This document shows positions 19,718 through 27,693 of a stretch of 64,000 bases of DNA, in pieces (the first letter of the stretch is position 1; each line of letters starts with the position of its first letter). The translations under genes were made by a program, and so were the position numbers. The DNA is from Nannocystales bacterium (lineage in GTDB: Bacteria; Myxococcota_A; Polyangia; Nannocystales; Nannocystaceae), in assembly GCA_050633305.1 (NCBI GenBank), contig JBOEGF010000043.1, positions 192,001 to 256,000 on the forward strand, read 5' to 3'. Below the pieces are notes generated by a model that saw only the letters and a program-made list of their open reading frames with translations, was not told the DNA's origin and made no database searches.

Positions 19718-20047
19718 ATGGCGTTTGAAGACAAGCGACGGACCAGGCGATTCGACGTTCAACTCGCGCTGCGTGTGCGACGTGGCGACGAAGACGTGAC
19801 CGGGATGACCCAGAACCTCAGCCTCGGCGGGATGCTGGCCTCGGTGCCTTTCGAGCCTCCGCTTCGGCTCGGGGACAAGGTGCGTGTGAGCTTCTCGGTG
19901 CCCCAGCTCTCGGAGCCGATCGAAGTCGATGCTGAGGTGCGTTGGACTGCCGGGTCCGGAATCGGGTTGCAGTTCGCGGCTGGTCTTCGGGCCAAGCAAA
20001 CCTGGGCGTTGGGCAAGTTCCTCGACTCCCTGGGAAGCGGAGCGTGA
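19718..20047 (+). CDS. Stand-alone PilZ domain protein (c-di-GMP receptor)
   Basis: RxxxR (KRRTRR) and NxSxGG (NLSLGG), EVRW, GIGLQF. Confidence 0.88.
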   Translation: MAFEDKRRTRRFDVQLALRVRRGDEDVTGMTQNLSLGGMLASVPFEPPLRLGDKVRVSFSVPQLSEPIEVDAEVRWTAGSGIGLQFAAGLRAKQTWALGKFLDSLGSGA

Positions 20048-20757
20048 TGCGCCTGCTCGCTGCGTTGTTGTCCTCCAGCTTGCTTGCCGCGTCCGGACCG
20101 GCGCCGTCCGACCGAGCCGTGGAAGGTCCAAGTGCGGTCGCATGGCCCGAGGGGACATCCGAACCGGACCTCGCACCTCAATCCGAGCCGGAGGCTCCGT
20201 CGCAGCCCGAAGTCGCGCCGGCCCAGCCCCCTCCGCCGCAAGCTGCTCGTCCAGACAACCGTACCGTTCGAGTGGCGGTCGGTCTCGACCCTTCGGCGCC
20301 CGGGACGAAGTCAGAGCGGGCGCTCGTCTCGACGCTGGCGGACGGCGTTCGTGGCTCGGAGGGCATCGGTGTCGACTCCCGCCGACTCCGTGTCGGCGCT
20401 CCCTCGGCGCGAGAGGTGTGTCGCGACGGCCGTGATGACCTGGTGATTCTCGTGGGCTATGTCGGCCAACGGCCCGAGCCGGTTCTGCTGCCCTACGACT
20501 GCGTACTGGACATGGTGCTGTCGGTCCGGGGCGCCGCGGCGGCGGACGAAGCGGGCCTGGTGGCGGCGCTGTGGACTGAACACGACGCGCTGGTGCGGGA
20601 CGGGGTCCAGGAGCGCCGCCGTGGGCGCCGTCTGGGGCCGAAAGCACGGGCCGGCATCGTCGCGGGCGTGGTGGTGGTCGTGATCGGGGCTGCCGTCGGA
20701 CTTCTTGTCGCCAACGCCTTGCGCGAGGAGAAGGTCGTGCTCAAGGTGGGTCCATGA
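20047..20757 (+). CDS. Hypothetical exported protein with C-terminal transmembrane helix
   Basis: N-terminal signal-like segment, Pro-rich linker, C-terminal GIVAGVVVVVIGAAVGLLV; TGATG coupling to the PilZ gene. Confidence 0.7.
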   Translation: MRLLAALLSSSLLAASGPAPSDRAVEGPSAVAWPEGTSEPDLAPQSEPEAPSQPEVAPAQPPPPQAARPDNRTVRVAVGLDPSAPGTKSERALVSTLADGVRGSEGIGVDSRRLRVGAPSAREVCRDGRDDLVILVGYVGQRPEPVLLPYDCVLDMVLSVRGAAAADEAGLVAALWTEHDALVRDGVQERRRGRRLGPKARAGIVAGVVVVVIGAAVGLLVANALREEKVVLKVGP

Positions 20758-21827
20758 CCGTGCCCGACACTGCGATGGGGACTGCGACGAAGACTGCGCC
20801 CAACCGAGGTCTCGCGGGAGTTCTGTGGCGCTGGGCAAGCACGTTGGTCGTGCTCTTCGCCCTATTGGGGCTGTGGGGCACCCCCCAGTCGGCCAGGGCT
20901 GATGTCGGTGAGCCCGCCGGTTGGACCACGTCGCTCGCCAATCATCGCATCGTCGTCGGCCGGGCGGTTCTGCACTACGAGCCCAACCTCGAGGACGAAG
21001 CGCGCGGCCTCGCCCACGAGATCCCGCAATGGTGGAGCGAGGTCGAGCAGCGGCTCGCCATCGATCTGGACGACACCCTGGACATCTACTTCATGGACCA
21101 CGCTGGCCAGGTGGCGGAGGCGTCCGGGATGCCGCGCTGGGTCGCCGGGGTTGCCCACTCGGAGTCCGGCGAGATCATGATCGCCCGGCACGGGCCAGAT
21201 GGGTCGCCCACCAATCTGGAGCAGCTGCTCAAGCACGAGATGGCCCACGTGGCTTTGCATCGTGCGACCGGTGGTGCCGACGTCCCCCGCTGGTTCCACG
21301 AAGGGGTCGCCGAAGCGACGGAAGGCGGCATCAGTTTGGGCCGGTCCCAGTCGCTCGCGGGCCTCATCTTTGGCGCCGGCGTTCCGGACTTCGATGCTCT
21401 GGAGAAGCGGTTCTACGGCGACCCCCAGGAGGTCGCCGGTGCCTACGCCGCGTCGCGGGATTTCGTGAACTTCCTCCAGGAGTATCGCCGTGCGGACCAG
21501 CAGGGCGACGACGTCGACAACCTGCGGCAGCTGCTCACCGAGATGAAGGCGGGCCACACCTTCGAGGCCTCGTTCATTCGAACCTACAAGCTGGGCCTTG
21601 CGGAGTTGGGAATCAAGTGGCGCCAAGGCCTGCCGGGGCGGTTCGTCTGGTACCCGCTGCTGGCCGGTGGGACGCTTCCGTTCACGCTCGTCTTCCCCCT
21701 GGTCATTCTCGCCTGGTTCCGTCGTCGTCGTCATTACCGTGCTGGCATCGCTCGGCTCGGTGCTGAGGAAGACGCGATTCGCGAGCGGCTCGGCAGCGAC
21801 TTCACGACCGCCGACGGCTCGTGGTAG
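20754..21827 (+). CDS. Peptidase MA-like gluzincin, membrane anchored
   Basis: Signal peptide; KHEMAH, PRWFHEGVAE; C-terminal TM followed by RRRR. Confidence 0.82.
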   Translation: MTVPDTAMGTATKTAPNRGLAGVLWRWASTLVVLFALLGLWGTPQSARADVGEPAGWTTSLANHRIVVGRAVLHYEPNLEDEARGLAHEIPQWWSEVEQRLAIDLDDTLDIYFMDHAGQVAEASGMPRWVAGVAHSESGEIMIARHGPDGSPTNLEQLLKHEMAHVALHRATGGADVPRWFHEGVAEATEGGISLGRSQSLAGLIFGAGVPDFDALEKRFYGDPQEVAGAYAASRDFVNFLQEYRRADQQGDDVDNLRQLLTEMKAGHTFEASFIRTYKLGLAELGIKWRQGLPGRFVWYPLLAGGTLPFTLVFPLVILAWFRRRRHYRAGIARLGAEEDAIRERLGSDFTTADGSW

Positions 21828-21836
21828 GCCTGCACG

Positions 21837-22418
21837 ATGCAGCGCGTCGAGTCGGGCACCCTTGGGGGACGCCATTTGCTTCGGCTTCCCAATGGGGTTC
21901 CGGGGCTTCGGCCGACCTCCGCTCGCGTACGTGGCGCGGTGTTCGACCGTCTACGGGCTGATGTTCCGGGGTCTCGGGTGCTCGACCTGTTCGCCGGGTC
22001 CGGTGCCATGAGCATTGAGGCGATCTCGCGGGGCGCCGAACGGGCCACCGTGGTCGAGCTCAGCGGCAAGGTGGCTCGGCACCTCCAGGCCCAGGCGGAA
22101 GCCCTGGGCGTCGCGAAGCAGATCCGCGTCGTCAAAGCCGATGCTGTGAAGTTTCTTCAGCACGGTGCGCAACCGTACGACTTGGTGATCATCGATCCAC
22201 CGTTCGCCAAGCCCGAAGTCGTGGATGCCATCGCGGAAGCGCTGCCGCAAGGGTGGCTGGCGCCCGGTGCGATCGTCGTCTGTGAGCTCGAGCTCGTTCG
22301 GGGTAAAAGTCGGGACGTGGCGTGGCCGCCGACGCTCGAGCTCGAGGCCACCAAGCGATACGGCCAAGCGGAGGTTGAGTTCTTCCGCTTCCATCCCGAA
22401 CCCATCTCAAGCCCATGA
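21837..22418 (+). CDS. rsmD: 16S rRNA m2G966 methyltransferase
   Basis: LRPTSARVR, VLDLFAGSGAMSIEAISRGA, DPPF, KRYG. Confidence 0.92.
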   Translation: MQRVESGTLGGRHLLRLPNGVPGLRPTSARVRGAVFDRLRADVPGSRVLDLFAGSGAMSIEAISRGAERATVVELSGKVARHLQAQAEALGVAKQIRVVKADAVKFLQHGAQPYDLVIIDPPFAKPEVVDAIAEALPQGWLAPGAIVVCELELVRGKSRDVAWPPTLELEATKRYGQAEVEFFRFHPEPISSP

Positions 22419-23629
22419 CGTCTGACTTCGCCATCTCCAAACGCGCTGCTGCAATCAAGCCTTCCGCCACCCTCGCCGTATCGGCCAAGGCGGCGGAGCT
22501 GAGGGCTGCGGGGCGTGAAGTGCTGAGCTTCGCGGCGGGTGAACCCGACTTCAAGCCGCCCAAGGCCGTCCGAGACGCGGTTTCACAGGCGTCGTTGTCG
22601 GAGCCGATCCGCTATGCGCCCGTTCCTGGGACGCCCGCGTTGCGGGACGCGGTCGCGGCGGAGCTGGGTGCGTTCCACAAACGGGAGTTCGCCCGCAACG
22701 AAATCCTCGTCTCCTGCGGCGCGAAACACAGCCTGGCCAATCTGTTCTTGGCGTCGCTCGACCCCGGTGACGCGGTCGTCGTCGGCGCCCCGTACTGGGT
22801 CAGTTACCCCGATATGGTGGGGCTCGCCGGCGGTGTGCCCATCACGGTCAGCACGACGCGTGCGGCGGGGTGGAAGTTGACGCCCGAAGCGCTGGAGCCC
22901 GTCCTGGGGCCCAAGACCCGCTTCGTCATCCTCAATAGCCCTTCGAACCCGACGGGTGCTGGCTACAGCCGGGACGAGTTGCGGGCGTTGGGGGAGGTGA
23001 TCGCCAACAAGGCGCCTGCCGCTTGGATCGTCACCGACGACATCTACCGCAACCTCGTCTACGACGGGTTCGAGGCCACCAGCGCCTTTGTGGCGATGGC
23101 GGGGATCACCGACCGGATCGTCGCAATCGACGGCGTGTCGAAGACCTACGCGATGACCGGTCACCGCGTGGGCTACATGGCGGGACCAACCGAGCTGATC
23201 TCGGCGGCGGCCCGGATCCAGTCGCAGACCACCTCGGGCGCGGCGACCCTTTCCCAACGTGCCGCACTGACCGCGCTGACCGATCCCTCGGTGCCGGCTG
23301 AGGTTGAGGCGATGCGGACCGCGTTTGCGCGCCGACGTTCGCTCATCCTGGAGGGCCTCGCGCAGGCTTCGGGGGTGGAGGTTCAGCGCCCCGATGGCGC
23401 GTTCTACGTGTTTGCCGACGTGTCGCGGCATGTCGGTGCAGGGGCCAAACACGCGACAGACGTGGACCTGGCGACGTGGTTGCTCGAAGAAAGCCTCGTC
23501 GCAACGGTGCCCGGCACCCCATTTGGGGCCCCAGGCCACTTGCGGATGAGCTACGCCACCGACGACGCGAGTCTCGAAGAGGGCTGCCGGCGAATCGCGA
23601 AGGCTCTCGGGACACTGCCGACGGCCTGA
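22415..23629 (+). CDS. aspC: Class I PLP-dependent aminotransferase (aspartate aminotransferase type)
   Basis: AGEPDF, LNSPSNPTG, DDIY, GVSKTYAMTGHRVGY, GAFY, LRMSYA. Confidence 0.9.
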   Translation: MTSDFAISKRAAAIKPSATLAVSAKAAELRAAGREVLSFAAGEPDFKPPKAVRDAVSQASLSEPIRYAPVPGTPALRDAVAAELGAFHKREFARNEILVSCGAKHSLANLFLASLDPGDAVVVGAPYWVSYPDMVGLAGGVPITVSTTRAAGWKLTPEALEPVLGPKTRFVILNSPSNPTGAGYSRDELRALGEVIANKAPAAWIVTDDIYRNLVYDGFEATSAFVAMAGITDRIVAIDGVSKTYAMTGHRVGYMAGPTELISAAARIQSQTTSGAATLSQRAALTALTDPSVPAEVEAMRTAFARRRSLILEGLAQASGVEVQRPDGAFYVFADVSRHVGAGAKHATDVDLATWLLEESLVATVPGTPFGAPGHLRMSYATDDASLEEGCRRIAKALGTLPTA

Positions 23630-23671
23630 GCTGACCCTCAAGCTTCGGGAGCCGGGGGTCGATGCCCGGGT

Positions 23672-24604
23672 GTGGCCCGCGTCCTGCTCTGCGTGACTCC
23701 GAAGTACGTCGACGTGCTCGCTCGGAGAGTTTGGGCTGAGTTCGGGTGTGCCCCGGTCGAGACCGTGACGGACGTGTTTGACGCGGTTGACGCGTTTGGA
23801 CCCGCGGAGCCGACCCATGTCGTGATCGACGGCGAACTCGATGCTCGCGGGGGTGTACGGATCGCCTCGGCCCTGGCGAGTCGCCGGGAGGTCCCCACGG
23901 TCTTGGTCGTGGACCCCGAGCTTCGCGAAGAGGTCGGCCAGTTGCTGAAACAGCGGCAGCTGGACCACGTTCGCGTGGTGTGCTGGGAGGACGACACCGT
24001 TCGCTGCCTGTTTGAGCGGGAGTCGACGGCCGGGAAGGTGCTCAGACCCGATGTCTCCGTACTGGCTGAGCAGCCGTATGACGCGGTGATGCTGTTCGGC
24101 TCCGCTGGGACGCCACACATGCTTCCAACGTTGGTGCCCAAGCTACGTCGCACAGTCGTGCCGCTCGTCGTCGCGGTGCATCACAACCCGCGGCTGTCCG
24201 AGTCGTTCGCCGAGTGGATCGGGGAGTTGGCAAACATGCATCCGCGAGGGCTCCGCGAGGGGTCGAGTTTGGGGTCGCTCACGGTTGTACGCGCACAGAG
24301 TGGAGTTGACGCCCTGCAGCCCCACCTCGGCGCGGTGCTGGCAGCCGTGCATGCACGCGGTGCCCGCCTGCTGATCATCGTCGCATCGGGGATGCAGTTC
24401 GAAGGCGTGGAAGCGCTCCAACTCGCCGTCCGCGATGGTGCCGGACTCGCCGCGCTGAAGCCTGAATCCTGCCCGCAGCCCGCGATGGTTCACCGGCTCT
24501 TGGATGCGGGGCTCGACCCAGTGCTGTGCACCCAGGAAGAGATCGCCCAACTCATCCGCCGAGCGACAGGAGCCGGTCGGTCGGCGTTCCGCCACGCAGG
24601 CTGA
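23672..24604 (+). CDS. Divergent CheB-methylesterase-like protein with degenerate N-terminal receiver-like domain
   Basis: FGSAGT, VVAVHHNP..SESFAEW, IIVASGMxxEG and ESC..PAM parallel the CheB motifs ASTGG, IVQHMP and TGMGxDG. Confidence 0.55.
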   Translation: MARVLLCVTPKYVDVLARRVWAEFGCAPVETVTDVFDAVDAFGPAEPTHVVIDGELDARGGVRIASALASRREVPTVLVVDPELREEVGQLLKQRQLDHVRVVCWEDDTVRCLFERESTAGKVLRPDVSVLAEQPYDAVMLFGSAGTPHMLPTLVPKLRRTVVPLVVAVHHNPRLSESFAEWIGELANMHPRGLREGSSLGSLTVVRAQSGVDALQPHLGAVLAAVHARGARLLIIVASGMQFEGVEALQLAVRDGAGLAALKPESCPQPAMVHRLLDAGLDPVLCTQEEIAQLIRRATGAGRSAFRHAG

Positions 24605-24625
24605 GCCGTCTGCTAGGTTCCGGGG

Positions 24626-24847
24626 GTGCAGCGGAAATGCCCCACTTGCGGCTCGTCCTTCGAGTTCGACCCCGCCTCCAAGTGGCGGCCGTTCTGCACC
24701 CGGCGCTGCAAGCTGGTGGACCTCGGCAACTGGATGGACGGCGTGTACCGGATCTCCAGACCCTTGGGCATGGAAGACCTCGAGGACGATGAGACGCTCC
24801 TCAGCCAGCTGACGGCTGACGCCGCCGCGGAACGAGAACCACAGTAG
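24626..24847 (+). CDS. yacG: DNA gyrase inhibitor YacG
   Basis: CPTC...RPFCTRRCKLVDLGNWMDGVYRI. Confidence 0.92.
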   Translation: MQRKCPTCGSSFEFDPASKWRPFCTRRCKLVDLGNWMDGVYRISRPLGMEDLEDDETLLSQLTADAAAEREPQ

Positions 24848-24925
24848 CGCGGTCGTTCTCCCGCATCGCTGGCGCAGGGCCAGCGTGCACGGGCCCGGGA
24901 TGGGACCAGGGGCGGCGAGCGGCGC

Positions 24926-26641
24926 CTACTTCCGCCGGTTCTTCTTCCGAGCGGCTTTCTGCTTCTTTCGGCTGGCCTTGGAGGTGGACTTGCCGCCGCC
25001 GCCGGGTGCGGGGGGCATGAGCCCTGCCATGCCACCGGGGGGCATGCCGGGGATACCGGGCATGCCGGGCATACCCCCGCCGCCCATCATCTGCTGCATC
25101 ATCTCGGGGTTCTTCGCCATCTTTCGCATGGCGCCCATCTGCTTGAGCTGCTTCATGCCGGGGATCTTCGACATCAGCCCGCCGCCGCCGCCGCCCATCA
25201 TGTCGCCCAGCATTCCGAACATGTCCCTCATGGCCAGGAAACGACCGACGAGCGCGCGGACATCTTCTTCCTCGCGGCCCGAGCCACTGGCGACACGGTT
25301 CACGCGGCTGTCGATGAAGGCATCTGCGGGGAGCTCGGCCATCTTGCTCGGGTCGCGGCGCTTGGGTTTCTTCTTGCCCTGAAGCTTGGCCGCTGCGCTG
25401 CTCCCCAGCGCGCCGTCTTCGAGGAAGAGGTCCGGGTTGGCTCGCTCTTTGCGAGTCATCGATTGGATCATCGCCTCGATCTTGGTCAGCTCGTTGTCGT
25501 CCATCGCCTGGTCGAGCTGTTCTTGAGGGATGTCACCGCCGAGCAAGTTGCCCAGGGGCATCTTGCCCATGAGGTCCTTGAGGCTGCCCATCTTCTGGAT
25601 GGACTTAATCTGGCCCAGGAAGTCATCCATGGTGAACTTCCCGCCGAGCATCTTCTCGGCGTCTTGGGCGGCCTGCTCTTCGTCGACAACGCCCTGAAAG
25701 TCCTGCATGAGGCCGACGAGGTCGCCCATGCCCAAGATGCGTCCCGCGAGGCCTTCGGGGCGGAACTCCTCGAGCTTCTCGAGGGTCTCGCCCATGCCGA
25801 GGAACTTGATCGGCTTGCCCGTGGCCGCCTTGATCGACAGCGCCGAACCGCCTCGAGCATCACCGTCGAGTTTGGTCAGGACGACGCCGCTGATGTCGAG
25901 GCGCTCGTCGAAGGACTTGGCGGTGTTGACCGCGTCCTGGCCGATCATCGCGTCGATGACCAGGAAGATGTTGGCTGGGTTGACGCCTGACTTGATGTTG
26001 TCGAGCTCGGCCATCAACGAGTCGTCGATGGTCAGGCGGCCTGCGGTGTCGAAGAGGACGTAGTCGAACGCGCCGGCTGCCGCCTCGGCGTTGGCTTCAC
26101 GGGCGATGTCGACCGGGTTCGCGCCCTCTTTGGAGAACACCGGGACGCCGATCTGCTCGCCGATCACCTCGAGCTGCTTGACGGCAGCTGGGCGGTACAC
26201 GTCGCATGCGACGAGCAGCACTTTCTTGCCGTCCTTCTGGAGCTTCCGCGCCAGCTTTCCCGTGCTCGTCGTCTTACCCGAGCCTTGAAGACCGACCATC
26301 ATGATGCCGGTCACGCCCTTGGACGCCTCGGCGATGCTGGTGTCGACGGGCCCCATGAGGGCGGCCAGTTCGTCGTGGCAGATTCGGACGAAGTGGTCCT
26401 CGGCGCGGACCCGCATCGTCTCACCGGCCTTGTTCTTGGCGACCAGCTTGACCTGCTCGCCCATGGCCTTCTCCTTGACGTTGCGCAGGAAGGTTTTGAC
26501 AACGCGGAACTCGACGTCGGCCTCGAGGAGGCTCATCCGCACGTCCTTGAGCGCGTCGTCGATGACGTCTTCGCTGAGCTCGCCTTTTCCGGTGATGCGC
26601 TCTTTCGCCGACCGGAAGCCCTTGGAGATAGTCTCGAACAT
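24926..26641 (-). CDS. ffh: Signal recognition particle protein Ffh
   Basis: LLEADV, GLQGSGKTT, DTAGR, TKLDGDARGG, RILGMGD, SMT..ER, SRxxRVAxGSG; Met/Gly-rich tail. Confidence 0.97.
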   Translation of the reverse strand: MFETISKGFRSAKERITGKGELSEDVIDDALKDVRMSLLEADVEFRVVKTFLRNVKEKAMGEQVKLVAKNKAGETMRVRAEDHFVRICHDELAALMGPVDTSIAEASKGVTGIMMVGLQGSGKTTSTGKLARKLQKDGKKVLLVACDVYRPAAVKQLEVIGEQIGVPVFSKEGANPVDIAREANAEAAAGAFDYVLFDTAGRLTIDDSLMAELDNIKSGVNPANIFLVIDAMIGQDAVNTAKSFDERLDISGVVLTKLDGDARGGSALSIKAATGKPIKFLGMGETLEKLEEFRPEGLAGRILGMGDLVGLMQDFQGVVDEEQAAQDAEKMLGGKFTMDDFLGQIKSIQKMGSLKDLMGKMPLGNLLGGDIPQEQLDQAMDDNELTKIEAMIQSMTRKERANPDLFLEDGALGSSAAAKLQGKKKPKRRDPSKMAELPADAFIDSRVNRVASGSGREEEDVRALVGRFLAMRDMFGMLGDMMGGGGGGLMSKIPGMKQLKQMGAMRKMAKNPEMMQQMMGGGGMPGMPGIPGMPPGGMAGLMPPAPGGGGKSTSKASRKKQKAARKKNRRK

Positions 26642-26763
26642 GGGCCTAGCTACATAGCATGACGCTGCCGCTTCGTTGACGCGGCAGCGCCGCTCACGCA
26701 AAAAGAATCCCATCCGGTGTGGCCAGGGGTTGACGCTTCCCAACGGCATCGCGACAAGGGGAT

Positions 26764-27672
26764 ATGGAGGGGAGCACGCGGGTCGTCGGAGCGCTTGGGC
26801 TGGGTGTCCTCGCCGTCGCGAGCGCTGCGACCGTCATTCTCCTCGCTGCGCCGCTGCCCCCCCTGCATATCGCCGGAGGCCGGGTCACGGTGACCGCGCT
26901 CGTGTTTGTGTTGCTCGGACGCGGCGAGCTACGGAGCTTGCTCGAGGCGATTCGGGACAGGCCCGCGCTCGGCTGGCGTACGCTCGCAGCGGGTACGCTG
27001 TTGGCCGTGCACTTCGGGGCTTGGATCGCCTCGCTCGGGTTGACCACGGTGCTGCGCTCGATGGCACTCGTTGCCCTGCAGCCGGTCTTCGCCGGTCTGC
27101 TCGGGCGGCTGTTGGGCGACCGGGTGTCGCCGTGGCTTTACGTGGGCGCCGCGGTCTCCTTCGCCGGATGCGTGGTTCTCGTCGGCGGTTCCGCGGCATT
27201 GGAGGGCGGCACGCTTGGCGGCGACGCCCTCGCCCTCCTCGGTGGCGCCTCGGCGGCGGCGTACCTCGCCTTTGGCCGCAGCGTTCGCTCGTCGGTTCCG
27301 CTGCCCGCCTACCTGGGCGGGGTGCATGCCGTCGCGGCGTTGCTGCTGTTGCCCACGGCGTGGGTTCTCCAGCCGATCGGAGACGGGGTGCCGGCTGGGT
27401 CGTGGCTCGCCGTCTTGTACCTCGGCCTGGTGCCGGGCGTGATCGGGCATGGGCTGTTCAACTGGGTGGTCCGTCGGGTCCCCGTGGACCGCGTGGCACT
27501 CGCGATTCTACTGGAGCCTGCGGCGGCCACACTTCTCGCCTGGGCCGTGCTCAACCGCATGGTCACGGGCCTCGAGGTGCTCGGCGCGACGATCGTGTTG
27601 CTGGGGGTCGGCGTTGGATCGCTTGGGGCGCGCCGCGGTCGATCCGAGCCGACTCCCGCGAGCGAGCTGTAG
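26764..27672 (+). CDS. DMT/EamA family transporter
   Basis: About 10 hydrophobic segments; HFGAW, LQPVF, GDALAL, GHGLFNW, LLEP. Confidence 0.85.
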   Translation: MEGSTRVVGALGLGVLAVASAATVILLAAPLPPLHIAGGRVTVTALVFVLLGRGELRSLLEAIRDRPALGWRTLAAGTLLAVHFGAWIASLGLTTVLRSMALVALQPVFAGLLGRLLGDRVSPWLYVGAAVSFAGCVVLVGGSAALEGGTLGGDALALLGGASAAAYLAFGRSVRSSVPLPAYLGGVHAVAALLLLPTAWVLQPIGDGVPAGSWLAVLYLGLVPGVIGHGLFNWVVRRVPVDRVALAILLEPAAATLLAWAVLNRMVTGLEVLGATIVLLGVGVGSLGARRGRSEPTPASEL

Positions 27673-27693
27673 CGGCTCAGCACACAGCTGATC

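Noticed and set aside
26642..26763. SRP RNA or tRNA near ffh or in other intergenic gaps
   Set aside because: No SRP domain-IV tetraloop motif or tRNA cloverleaf recognisable by eye; an Infernal/tRNAscan run would be decisive.
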